From positions 1,681 through 65,680 of the forward strand of contig JACPNA010000042.1 in assembly GCA_016185725.1 (NCBI GenBank): a stretch of 64,000 nt of DNA, in the 5' to 3' direction. Position 1 is the stretch's first letter, and every line of letters begins with the position of its first letter. The position numbers and the translations under genes are program-made. The notes below the pieces were generated by a model that did no database searches, had not been told where the DNA came from, and was given only the letters and a program-made list of their open reading frames with translations. Positions 1 to 9,715 of this stretch are shown here, piece after piece. This DNA is from Candidatus Woesearchaeota archaeon (GTDB lineage: Archaea; Nanobdellota; Nanobdellia; Woesearchaeales; GW2011-AR9).

Positions 1-670
1 TATGAGTAAAATTCCTCTTATCCTCAATATATCCTACTCTTATTATTGGTTCTTGTTTACCTTGTTCAATTTTGGCAATTTGATAAGCATACCACGGAAT
101 TCCAAAAACATAATCCCTACGTGGTCCTTCATGATTAAACGCTCTCGTCCTAATTACATTTAAACCATAAGACCGATAATAAACATACCCAATTAAATCC
201 TGAGCAATTTTTGTAACCGCATAAGGATTGACCGGTCTTAAAACAGTTTCTTCATTAATGGGCAATTCCTCCTCTTTTATTTCCCCATGTTCTTCTCCTG
301 AACCAGGAATTAAAAAACGAGGATTTATACCTAACACTTTCATCGCATCCAGAAAATTAACCGTCCCATTATAATTAACATTCATATAATGAGTAGGATG
401 ATCCCATGAAGGAGACACAAAACTCTCCGCAGCAAGATGATATATTTTATCCGGCTTTACTTCATTAAGTAAATTACGCACACTAATCGAATCTGTAATA
501 TCACATTCTATAAACTTGATTTTATCCAGCAAATGTCTTATATTCCTTAGCCTTGAATTATTCCATCGTTTAATACCATAAACTTCATAATTCCCTTTCT
601 CTAACAGAAAATCAGCTAAATGAGATCCTACAAAACCTTCAATACCTGTTATTAATATTTTTTCTTTCAT
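1..670 (-). CDS. NAD-dependent nucleotide-sugar 4,6-dehydratase (GDP-mannose/GDP-heptose 4,6-dehydratase-like), partial. The N-terminus is at 670 and the C-terminus runs off the window.
   Basis: The reverse-strand translation starts MKEKILITGIEGFVGSHLADFLLEKGNYEVYGIKR (Rossmann GxxGxxG). It also contains ...TRAFNHEGPRRDYVFGIPWYAYQIAK, which resembles the Gmd 'RAFNHxGPRRG' region. An ATG at 670-668 immediately follows the gmhA stop. The six-frame track does not call it because it is truncated. Confidence 0.6.
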   Translation of the reverse strand, partial: MKEKILITGIEGFVGSHLADFLLEKGNYEVYGIKRWNNSRLRNIRHLLDKIKFIECDITDSISVRNLLNEVKPDKIYHLAAESFVSPSWDHPTHYMNVNYNGTVNFLDAMKVLGINPRFLIPGSGEEHGEIKEEELPINEETVLRPVNPYAVTKIAQDLIGYVYYRSYGLNVIRTRAFNHEGPRRDYVFGIPWYAYQIAKIEQGKQEPIIRVGYIEDKRNFTH

Positions 671-700
671 TTTCGTCGCCTTTAATAAGTCTATTTTAAT

Positions 701-1282
701 TTATACCTCTTTTTCTCTTTTAATTTTACCCACATGACTAGCTATCAAATGAGTAAGAACCATATGAATATCCTCAATTGGACCATAATTATTTGATGGT
801 ACAATAATGTGATAATCAACCATCTCTTTTGCTTCACCACCATCAAATCCCAACATGCCTAAAACTGTCGCCCCTACCTTTTTCGCTGTCTCTATCCCTT
901 TCAATATATTTTTTGAATTGCCACTGCCAGTTATTACTATCAACAAATCCCCTTTATTTATAAAATTCCTTAATTGTTGCGAAAATATATCCTCATAACT
1001 CAAATCATTTCCATAAGCAGTAAGTAATGATACATTGTCTGTCATTGAAATAACTCTAAGTCTTTTTTCATCATCATCATAAACTCTTTGAAGAGTTCCC
1101 TTATTAAGATCACAAGCAAAATGAGACGCCGTCGAAGCGCTCCCCCCATTACCTATAATAAATATTTGTTTGTCATTAGTATAAGCATCAAATATTAATC
1201 CTGTTGCTTTTTTTACATTTAATAAAGGTAATTTATCTATTGTTTTTTTCAATTCTTCGATATAATTTGTTATATGTTCCAT
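701..1282 (-). CDS. gmhA: Sedoheptulose-7-phosphate isomerase (SIS domain, GmhA)
   Basis: The 193-aa protein carries the SIS motif IFIIGNGGSASTASHFACDL and has GmhA-like length. Confidence 0.8.
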   Translation of the reverse strand: MEHITNYIEELKKTIDKLPLLNVKKATGLIFDAYTNDKQIFIIGNGGSASTASHFACDLNKGTLQRVYDDDEKRLRVISMTDNVSLLTAYGNDLSYEDIFSQQLRNFINKGDLLIVITGSGNSKNILKGIETAKKVGATVLGMLGFDGGEAKEMVDYHIIVPSNNYGPIEDIHMVLTHLIASHVGKIKREKEV

Positions 1283-1353
1283 CTAAAATACCGATTTTTA
1301 AGTTAAAATATTATAAAATACTAATCTACAGATATATATTGATTATGATTTTA

Positions 1354-2334
1354 TTATTCATCAACATAAATAATTTTGCTCCCTTCCATTTCAAAATTAA
1401 ATTTAAATTCTCTAAGATTAAATAACACTTTTCTGAGATTATCTTGCTTATTCTTTTCACAATAGAAAAGTAAAAAACCACCCCCGCCTGAACCCAGAAT
1501 CTTACCTCCAACAGCACCAGCTTTCAAAGCCTTTTCATAATAGCCAGTTATTAAAGAATTTGTTATATTACTAGCAAGTTTTTGTTTGAAAAGCCAATTT
1601 TTATGTAGTATACTTCCGAACTCCATGAGATTATCCGTTTCCAATGCTATTTTCAGTCTTTTTGACAATTCCACCATATTATTCAAAACTTCTAAATTAT
1701 CTTTTGTTTTATTTTTTTGTTCAGTCAGTGTAACATCTGATCTTGTATTTATCCCCGTATGAAACGCAATAAGATTTTTTTGAAGTGTTAATTTGGTTTC
1801 TCTTTTCATAATAATTTTTTCTACTTCAACTACTTCGTCTGAATTAAATGTAATAAAATTTAAACCGCCAAAAGCAACAGCATATTGATCTTGTTTTCCA
1901 ATAGGATGTCCTAAAATATTGATTTCTATTTCACAAGCTTCTTCTGCTAACTGCTTAGCCGATACATATTCTCCTCTAAAAGCATGCAAAGCATGTAAAG
2001 TGCCAACAAGAATAGCACTAGAAGAGCCAAGTCCAGAACCCTCATGATCTGCCAAAAGATCAGAGACATAGACTACTTCCATTCCTTTTGTCCACCCCAC
2101 CATTTTAAGAGCTTCTCTCACAAGCTGATGTTCAATTTTATCAATCGAATCAACTTCTTCTACTTTTGAATAAGCAATTCTTATTTTATCTGTAAACCTT
2201 TGGTTAACCATAATATATAGATATTTATTGATGGTTGTACTTAGAACAGAACCTAATCCCTGTTGATAATATTCCCTTAAATCTGAACCACCTCCTACAA
2301 AACTCATTCTAACTGGCGTTTTTGAAATAATCAT
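1354..2334 (-). CDS. hddA: GHMP-family sugar kinase, D-glycero-D-manno-heptose 7-phosphate kinase-like (HddA)
   Basis: The N-terminus MIISKTPVRMSFVGGGSDL is typical of HddA and other GHMP kinases. The protein has 326 aa and lies upstream of gmhA on the same strand. Confidence 0.7.
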   Translation of the reverse strand: MIISKTPVRMSFVGGGSDLREYYQQGLGSVLSTTINKYLYIMVNQRFTDKIRIAYSKVEEVDSIDKIEHQLVREALKMVGWTKGMEVVYVSDLLADHEGSGLGSSSAILVGTLHALHAFRGEYVSAKQLAEEACEIEINILGHPIGKQDQYAVAFGGLNFITFNSDEVVEVEKIIMKRETKLTLQKNLIAFHTGINTRSDVTLTEQKNKTKDNLEVLNNMVELSKRLKIALETDNLMEFGSILHKNWLFKQKLASNITNSLITGYYEKALKAGAVGGKILGSGGGGFLLFYCEKNKQDNLRKVLFNLREFKFNFEMEGSKIIYVDE

Positions 2335-2485
2335 ATTATCATTAATAATTGGTTTTATTATTTAAGTAAACCTCAACTTTAACGAATTTTTACTGATAAC
2401 TTTAAAAATGTTGTTATATTTTTAAATAAGTGTATTAAAAATCCAAAAATTATATTAAATAACTTATAAAAATACAAATATTCAA

Positions 2486-3412
2486 ATGAAATTATCAATA
2501 ATAATTCCTGCCTTTAACGAAGAAAAAAATATAACCCCCTTACATAATGAACTTTTAGCAACTTTAATTACTCTTAATTACAAATATGAAATTATTTTTA
2601 TTGATGATGGATCCACAGACAGCACTTTTAAAGAAATTCTTAAATTAAAAGAACAAGACAAAAATATTAGAATAATCAAGTTTAAAAAAAATTTTGGCCA
2701 AACCGCAGCGTGGAATGCTGGTTTTACTTTAGCAAAAGGAGATTTAATCATAGTAATGGATGCAGATTTGCAAAATGATCCTAAAGATATTCCTTTATTG
2801 ATAAACAAATTAAATGAAGGTTATGATATCGTCAGTGGTTGGCGTTACAATAGAAAAGATAATTTTTCAAAAAAAATATTCTCTTTCTTTGCTAACAAAT
2901 TAAGAAAATTATTAACCGGTGAAAAAATTCATGATTCTGGCTGTTCTTTGAAAATTTACAAAAAAGAATGTCTTAAAAATTTAAAATTATATGGTGAAAT
3001 GCATCGTTATATTACTGCAATTCTTTCTTGGGAAGGATATAAAATAGGAGAAATAAAAGTCAGCCATAATTTCAGAAATACTGGAAAAACAAAATACTCA
3101 TCATCAAGACTATTTAAGGGCATGATGGACCTTTTATTAATACTATTCTGGCAGAAATACTCGGGACGTCCTATTCATATTTTTGGACTATTGGGATTTT
3201 TATCCGCTTTGTTAGGTTTTCTTGCTGGAATAACTTCTTTATACTTCTGGTTTTTCAAAAATTTAAGTTTCTCCAAAACGTTTCTTCCTAATGCTGCAAT
3301 TTTCTTTATTCTAATGGGAATAAACTTGCTCATTTTTGGAATTATTGCAGATATATGTCTAAAAATATATTACAAAGATGAAGAACCTTATTTAATTGAA
3401 AAGATTATTTAG
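2486..3412 (+). CDS. GT2 glycosyltransferase with C-terminal TM helices (polyprenyl-phosphate sugar synthase, DPM1/GtrB-like)
   Basis: It contains IIIPAFNEEKNI...IIFIDDGSTDST and a DAD-like motif (VMDADLQNDP). The C-terminal ~80 aa are hydrophobic. Confidence 0.8.
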   Translation: MKLSIIIPAFNEEKNITPLHNELLATLITLNYKYEIIFIDDGSTDSTFKEILKLKEQDKNIRIIKFKKNFGQTAAWNAGFTLAKGDLIIVMDADLQNDPKDIPLLINKLNEGYDIVSGWRYNRKDNFSKKIFSFFANKLRKLLTGEKIHDSGCSLKIYKKECLKNLKLYGEMHRYITAILSWEGYKIGEIKVSHNFRNTGKTKYSSSRLFKGMMDLLLILFWQKYSGRPIHIFGLLGFLSALLGFLAGITSLYFWFFKNLSFSKTFLPNAAIFFILMGINLLIFGIIADICLKIYYKDEEPYLIEKII

Positions 3413-3416
3413 TATC

Positions 3417-3908
3417 CTACTTTTTATATGTTATTTTATTAATTTTTTTCAAGTAATCATTCATCAACATATCATTTTCTTCTGGAGCCCACTCCGCAAA
3501 TTCCCTATAAGTGGTAGGATTATATTTTCCAAGATACAACTCACAAAGAACTGAAGGTTCCAAAGTGATTATAGTATGATAAGTTTGTGCTGGTATTTCC
3601 ACAAAAACAGTATCCAAACTGGACAAAATATAACTTTCTCTAAAAGTACCATCATCATTAAAAATTATCACTTTCATTTTACCTAATATAAGTATCACTA
3701 TTTCTCTCCCATCATTCATTGGATGTTTGTGTGGTCTAACATAAGTTCCAGGAAGAAGTACATTAAACATTACTGCCGGAATTTCGCCCTTATCAGAACT
3801 TCTTAATAAATAAAAAGCTCTTTTCCTATCAGAAATTTTTGCTTTTTCAAATAATTCTTTTAAAATATTAGGTTCTAATTTTAATATATTACTTACATTT
3901 ATTCCCAT
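3417..3908 (-). CDS. Cupin-fold protein (WbuC-like)
   Basis: The 163-aa protein has a PHKHP metal-site-like motif in a small beta-rich sequence and sits in a glycan cluster. Confidence 0.4.
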   Translation of the reverse strand: MGINVSNILKLEPNILKELFEKAKISDRKRAFYLLRSSDKGEIPAVMFNVLLPGTYVRPHKHPMNDGREIVILILGKMKVIIFNDDGTFRESYILSSLDTVFVEIPAQTYHTIITLEPSVLCELYLGKYNPTTYREFAEWAPEENDMLMNDYLKKINKITYKK

Positions 3909-4025
3909 AAACTTTCAAATAAATGAAGCTTTATAAATTTTAATGAACATTTTTAATAATTAGCACAAAATCTGTTTTATTGTTACTATAAATTTATAAA
4001 TAGAAAAATATCAAAAATAAAACAT

Positions 4026-5741
4026 ATGAGTAAACTTTCATCGACAGATATTCAAAAAACAACAAAGTTGCTTGTTACTGGTGGTTGTGGGTTCATAGGT
4101 TCAAATTTTATAAGATATATTCTAGATAAATATCCTAATTGTGAAGTAATAAATATAGATAAATTATCTTATGGTGGTAATTTAGATAATCTTCGAGATA
4201 TAGAAACAAATCCGCATTACAAATTTATTAAAGGTGACATTTGTGACCAAAAATTAGTTGATGAAACAGTAAAAGAGATAGATGGAATAATTCATTTCGC
4301 CGCAGAAACACATGTAGATAGATCCATCCAAAGTTCAACTGATTTTATCAAAAGTAATGTAATAGGAACACAAGTATTACTAGAATCAGCTACAAAAAAC
4401 GGATTAAAAAGATTTCATTATATCTCTACTGATGAAGTATTTGGAGCATTAGGAGAAGAAGGAAAATTTAATGAAAAAAGTCCGCATGATCCTAAGAATC
4501 CTTATGCTGCAAGCAAGGCTTCTGCTGAACATCTAGTCCGTTCTTTTTTTCACACTCATCAATTGCCCATTACTATTTCTAATTGTTCTAACAATTATGG
4601 ACCCTATCAATACCCCGAAAAATTCATTCCGCTCTTTTTAACAAACTTAATAGAAAGTAAAAAAGTACCGGTTTATGGTAGTGGACTTAACGTAAGGGAT
4701 TGGATTCATGTAATAGATCATTGCCGAGCTATTGATTTAATTTATCATCAAGGAAAAATTGGTGAAAATTATTGTATTTGTACCAACGACGAAAAAAGAA
4801 ACATAGACTTAACTAAAGAGATATTGTCAGAATTTGGATTTGGAGAAGAGAAAATACATTTTGTTGTTGATAGAAAAGGACACGACTTTAGATATGCTAT
4901 GGATAATTCCAAAATAAAAGAATTGGGGTGGACACAAAGTATAGAATTAAAAAATGGTTTAAAAGATACGATTCAGTGGTACAAACAGAATGAATGGTGG
5001 TGGAAAAAACTCAAAGAAAATAAGGTAAAGGGAATAATACTAGCAGGAGGAACAGGAAGTAGATTACTTCCCTTAACAAAAGTTACAAATAAGCATTTAT
5101 TGCCTATCTATGATAAACCTATGATTTTTTATCCATTAGAAACGCTAAAAAAAGCGGGAATTACTGATATTATAATTGTCTGTGGGACGGAAAGTGTAGG
5201 TGACTTCCTAAAATTATTGGGTAGTGGAAAAGAATATGGAGTTAACTTAACATATCGAGTACAAGACGGCTCGGGAGGAATAGCACAAGCAGCTAGTTTA
5301 GCTAAAACTTTCGTTGGAAAAAGCAAATGTGTGATGATTTTGGGGGACAATATTTTTGAAGAAGATATTACTCCTTACGTTGATGCATTTGAAAAACAAA
5401 GAAAAGGAGCGAGAATTCTTCTTAAAAAAGTTGGAGAAAAAGAAGCAAAAAGATTTGGCGTTGCCATAGTTGAAGGAAAAAAAGTAACTTATGTTGAAGA
5501 AAAACCAGAGATTCCTAAATCTAACTTAGCAATGACTGGATTATATATGTTTGATGACGAAATATTTGATATTATCAGTCGCTTAAAACCTTCAAAAAGA
5601 GAGGAACTAGAAATAACCGACGCATTAGATGCTTATGTGAAAAAAGGAGAATTAGAATATGATATAATCACTGGATTTTGGTCAGATGCTGGTACATTTG
5701 AATCATTGCACAACTCTTCACTATTCATTAAAAAAACATAA
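4026..5741 (+). CDS. Bifunctional fusion protein. The N-terminal part is a dTDP-glucose 4,6-dehydratase (RmlB-like) and the C-terminal part is a glucose-1-phosphate thymidylyltransferase (RmlA-like).
   Basis: Residues 1-~330 contain LLVTGGCGFIGSNFIRYIL, YAASKASAEHL (YxxxK) and the HFAAETHVDRS motif of RmlB. Residues ~335-571 contain KGIILAGGTGSRLLPLTKVTNKHLLPIYDKPMIFYPLETL, the RmlA sugar-nucleotidyltransferase signature. The whole is a single uninterrupted 571-aa ORF. Confidence 0.8.
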   Translation: MSKLSSTDIQKTTKLLVTGGCGFIGSNFIRYILDKYPNCEVINIDKLSYGGNLDNLRDIETNPHYKFIKGDICDQKLVDETVKEIDGIIHFAAETHVDRSIQSSTDFIKSNVIGTQVLLESATKNGLKRFHYISTDEVFGALGEEGKFNEKSPHDPKNPYAASKASAEHLVRSFFHTHQLPITISNCSNNYGPYQYPEKFIPLFLTNLIESKKVPVYGSGLNVRDWIHVIDHCRAIDLIYHQGKIGENYCICTNDEKRNIDLTKEILSEFGFGEEKIHFVVDRKGHDFRYAMDNSKIKELGWTQSIELKNGLKDTIQWYKQNEWWWKKLKENKVKGIILAGGTGSRLLPLTKVTNKHLLPIYDKPMIFYPLETLKKAGITDIIIVCGTESVGDFLKLLGSGKEYGVNLTYRVQDGSGGIAQAASLAKTFVGKSKCVMILGDNIFEEDITPYVDAFEKQRKGARILLKKVGEKEAKRFGVAIVEGKKVTYVEEKPEIPKSNLAMTGLYMFDDEIFDIISRLKPSKREELEITDALDAYVKKGELEYDIITGFWSDAGTFESLHNSSLFIKKT

Positions 5742-5803
5742 AGATTAAAATACTTTAATGACGGATAAAGTGATAAATTCATATTAAAAAAAAGTAAAAA
5801 AAC

Positions 5804-6910
5804 ATGGAATATAAAATAACTTTATTCAAAGTTCATATGCCAAAATCTGTAATCAAGCCTCTTAAGAATACATTACTTAGTGGTTTTATTGGTCAAGGTC
5901 CTAAAGTTGAAGAATTCGAAAATATTTTGGGAAACTATATTGGAAATAAATACGTTCTTACTTTAAATTCTTGTACTTCTGCTATTCAATTAGCTCTTCG
6001 CTTGTGTAATGTTGGTTTTGGAGATGAAGTTATTTCTACTGCCATGACCTGTACTGCCACAAATGAACCCATTTTAGCTCTGGATGCGAAAATAATTTGG
6101 GCAGACATAAATCCTACTACCGGAAACATTGATCCAAAATCAATCAAAAATAAAATTACCAATAAAACCAAAGCAATTATAGCTATGCATTGGGGAGGAT
6201 ACCCTCCTGATTTAAAAGAAATTAATATTATTGCTAAAGAATATGGAATTAAAGTTATTGAAGATGCTGCTCATGCTTTTGGAGCAGAATACCAAGGACA
6301 AAAAATAGGTAATCATTCTGATTTTGTTTGTTTTTCATTTCAAGCAATAAAACACATTAATACTGTAGATGGAGGAGCATTGTTCTGTAAATCAGAAGAG
6401 GATTATAAAAGAGGTAAACTCTTAAGATGGTATGGTATAGATAGAGAAGAAAAAGATCGCTCTGATCATCGATTAGAAAAAGATATTAAAGAATATGGGT
6501 ATAAATTTCATATGAATGATGTTTGTGCAACAATTGGAATAGAACAAATGAAATTTATTGATAAAATTTTAGAAAAAAATAGAGCAAATATCAATACATT
6601 AAACAATGCCTTTCAAAACAACAATAAAATTAAATTATTAAGTTATAAAAATGATAGATTATCTGCGTATTGGTTATATACTATTCTTATAAAAAATAAA
6701 GATGATTTTAAAACAAAAATGAACGAGAAAGGGATAATGGTTTCTCCTGTACACGCACGTAATGATTCCCATACTATGTTTCAAGAATTTAGATGTGAAC
6801 TTCCCAATGTAGATAAATTTTATTCTGAAATGATTTGTATCCCTTCGGGATGGTGGCTTAAAAATGAAGAGATAGAATATATTATTAAAACTATCAACGA
6901 AGGATGGTAA
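5804..6910 (+). CDS. DegT/DnrJ/EryC1/StrS-family PLP-dependent sugar aminotransferase
   Basis: It contains DAAHAFGAEY and SFQAIKHI (the Schiff-base Lys region) and is 368 aa long. Confidence 0.85.
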   Translation: MEYKITLFKVHMPKSVIKPLKNTLLSGFIGQGPKVEEFENILGNYIGNKYVLTLNSCTSAIQLALRLCNVGFGDEVISTAMTCTATNEPILALDAKIIWADINPTTGNIDPKSIKNKITNKTKAIIAMHWGGYPPDLKEINIIAKEYGIKVIEDAAHAFGAEYQGQKIGNHSDFVCFSFQAIKHINTVDGGALFCKSEEDYKRGKLLRWYGIDREEKDRSDHRLEKDIKEYGYKFHMNDVCATIGIEQMKFIDKILEKNRANINTLNNAFQNNNKIKLLSYKNDRLSAYWLYTILIKNKDDFKTKMNEKGIMVSPVHARNDSHTMFQEFRCELPNVDKFYSEMICIPSGWWLKNEEIEYIIKTINEGW

Positions 6911-6940
6911 TTTAATAGAAGGAATATTAAAAAAATCATT

Positions 6941-8041
6941 ATGACTAAATTATTATGTATTACTTTATTTGGAGAAATTTGTGGGAGTAGTAGAGTAAGA
7001 GTATTACAATTTATTCCCTTTCTAGAAAAAAATAACATTCAATGTACTTCTAAAAAATTATTTTCAGATGAATATTTTAAGATAATATCTAATCAAAAAA
7101 AATGTAATTACTTAATCAAAAATCTATATACTATAAGTATAGCAATTATTATGTTATTAAAAAAAATAAAATACTCATTTATTGCAAAAAATTATGATGT
7201 AATTATTATCCAAAAAGATGCATTTCCCTTGATATTACAAAAAATAATGTATAAAAGAAACAAAAATATCATTTTTGAATTTGATGACACGATTTTTGAA
7301 CCAAGTCAATTTGCAAAAGGTTTAAATAAAATTTATGATAGGTATAGAATAAATATTTTGCCGCACTTTTTGGAAATAAGTAAACATATCATCGCTGAGA
7401 ACAACTATCTAGCAAATTACGCAAAACAATACAACAACAATGTGTCTATCATAACTGCACCAATAGACACTGAAAAATATTTTCCTAAAAAAAAAGATAA
7501 AAATAATGAAATAATTATAGGTTGGATAGGAAGTGCTTTTACAACCAATCAATTAAAATTATTAATTTCTCCTTTTAAAAAAATAAGTGAAAAATATCCA
7601 GATATATTAATAAAATTAATAGGAGCAGATAAAAATATAGATTTTGATGATATTCCTGTGAAATATGTTAAATGGTCTTTAGAAACAGAAGTAGAAGAAT
7701 TACAAAGTTTTGATATAGGTTTAATGCCCTTAGATAATGATCCTTTTAATAAAGGTAGATTAGGGTATAAAATGATACAGTATATGAGTATAGGAATACC
7801 AATAGTAGCTTCTGATATGGGATTAAATAAAGAGATAATTACAGAATATGAAAATGGTTTTTTAGCTTCAAATGATCAAGAATGGATAAACAAATTATCA
7901 TTACTTATAGAAAATAAAAATTTAAGAAAAAGAATGGGCAAAAGTGGGAGAAAAAAAGCTGTTGAAGAATATTCTCTAAAAATTGCAGAACAAAAAATCT
8001 TAAGTATAATCAAAACTATAGCAGAGAATAGTGCAAATTAG
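6941..8041 (+). CDS. GT-B glycosyltransferase (GT4/group 1)
   Basis: The C-terminal domain has the EYENGFL / E-x7-E-like motif and the length, 366 aa, fits this family. Confidence 0.65.
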   Translation: MTKLLCITLFGEICGSSRVRVLQFIPFLEKNNIQCTSKKLFSDEYFKIISNQKKCNYLIKNLYTISIAIIMLLKKIKYSFIAKNYDVIIIQKDAFPLILQKIMYKRNKNIIFEFDDTIFEPSQFAKGLNKIYDRYRINILPHFLEISKHIIAENNYLANYAKQYNNNVSIITAPIDTEKYFPKKKDKNNEIIIGWIGSAFTTNQLKLLISPFKKISEKYPDILIKLIGADKNIDFDDIPVKYVKWSLETEVEELQSFDIGLMPLDNDPFNKGRLGYKMIQYMSIGIPIVASDMGLNKEIITEYENGFLASNDQEWINKLSLLIENKNLRKRMGKSGRKKAVEEYSLKIAEQKILSIIKTIAENSAN

Positions 8042-8255
8042 CAATTATATCTTTTCAACAATTAATTATATAAACTAAACCAAAAATATAACAAAAAATA
8101 GCCGTTCGGAACTTATCCATGCACTAAAGTGCATAGGTCTTAAAGTTCCAAACTGAACAAGGAAATTTCATGCTAAAGCACAAGTTTTATACCCAAAGAA
8201 ATTTCCGATAAATACAAATAAGATATAACCAAAAATTAATTGAAAAATAAAACTC

Positions 8256-9698
8256 ATGGAAAATTACGATGTGATACTAGTAAACCCAGATTTTTTGAGT
8301 ATTTACAATGCCAAATTTCCTCCTTTTGCAGCTATGTTTTTATCATATGCTCTTAAAAAAGCTGGTTACTCCATTAGAATATTTGATACACAATTCGAAA
8401 AAGAAGATAATCTCTATGAATGTATCAAAAATAATAAACCACTATGGGTAGGATTCTCAGTAATGACTGGTCCAACCATAGCTCGAACTTTAAAAATATG
8501 CCAGAAAATTAGAGAGATCTCTTCAGATATAAAAATTGTCTGGGGAGGTCCGCATCCAACTTTACTTCCTAAAGATACTCTTAAACATAAACTTATTGAT
8601 ATTGTAGTCATATCAGAAGGAGAAAAAACCGTTGTGGAATTAACAAAAACACTAAAGAATAATGAAAACTTGGATTTAGTCAATGGAATTGGATATAAAA
8701 AAAATGAAGAGATTATAATTACTAAACCCAGAGAATTTACAACTGATTGGGATAATGAAGTGGGATTAGATTGGGATAATGTCAAAATAAATAATTACAT
8801 TGATTCTCAAGGCAAATATAAAAAAATTTCTTTAATTACTAGTCGTGGCTGTCCTTTTAGATGTAAATTTTGTTGGAATATAATGGCAAATAATAGACGC
8901 TGGAGAGGCTGGTCTGCTGAAAAAGTTATTGAAGAGATACAGCGTTTGCTTCCTTATGGGGTGAATTATATAACTTTAGAAGATGATAATTTTGGAGTTG
9001 ATTTAAATAGAGCTAAAAAAATTTTAAAATTTATGAAAACACGAGATATTTTATGGTCTTTTGAGGGTGTTCGCGTAGGAAAACACATCACCATAGAATT
9101 AATCCAATTTTTCAAAGAAAACAATTGCCATCATCTTTCTTTCGGAGCAGAATGTGGAAACCAGAAAATGCTTGATTACATTGCCAAAGATATTACTGTT
9201 GAACAACTAATTGAATCTGCTAGATTAACCGGACAATATAAATTAGGTGTTAGATATAGTTGGATTATTGGTTTTCCAAAAGAAACGCACGCTGATAGAA
9301 TGGATCTTATATCATTAATCAATAAAATTACTGAATTAAATCCTAATTGCGCTCATTATATTGGTATTTATGGACCTCACCCTGGTTCAGAAATATTTCA
9401 AGAAACTATTGAAGCGGGTTGGATTCCTCCTAAAAATGTAGAAGGATGGTCATTATTTAGAGAAGAAGTAGATTTACCTTACTGCAAAAATATGTGGTAT
9501 TTGAGGAGCATAGCTTTAGCTTGTTTCTTTAAATTTGCAGTAGACTCTTCTTTAAGAGCACACTCAAAAACAAAAATTATTTATAGAATTCCTTTTAAAA
9601 TTTTGAAGTTTGTATCTAACATAAGATGGAAATATAGATTATTCCACTTTCCAATTGAATACAAAATACTAACATTAATAAAAAATAAAATTACTTGA
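8256..9698 (+). CDS. B12-binding domain radical SAM protein (class B rSAM)
   Basis: An N-terminal B12-binding-like domain is followed by the CPFRCKFC CxxxCxxC cluster motif. The protein is 480 aa. Confidence 0.7.
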   Translation: MENYDVILVNPDFLSIYNAKFPPFAAMFLSYALKKAGYSIRIFDTQFEKEDNLYECIKNNKPLWVGFSVMTGPTIARTLKICQKIREISSDIKIVWGGPHPTLLPKDTLKHKLIDIVVISEGEKTVVELTKTLKNNENLDLVNGIGYKKNEEIIITKPREFTTDWDNEVGLDWDNVKINNYIDSQGKYKKISLITSRGCPFRCKFCWNIMANNRRWRGWSAEKVIEEIQRLLPYGVNYITLEDDNFGVDLNRAKKILKFMKTRDILWSFEGVRVGKHITIELIQFFKENNCHHLSFGAECGNQKMLDYIAKDITVEQLIESARLTGQYKLGVRYSWIIGFPKETHADRMDLISLINKITELNPNCAHYIGIYGPHPGSEIFQETIEAGWIPPKNVEGWSLFREEVDLPYCKNMWYLRSIALACFFKFAVDSSLRAHSKTKIIYRIPFKILKFVSNIRWKYRLFHFPIEYKILTLIKNKIT

Positions 9699-9715
9699 TA
9701 AGAAAAATAAACAAA

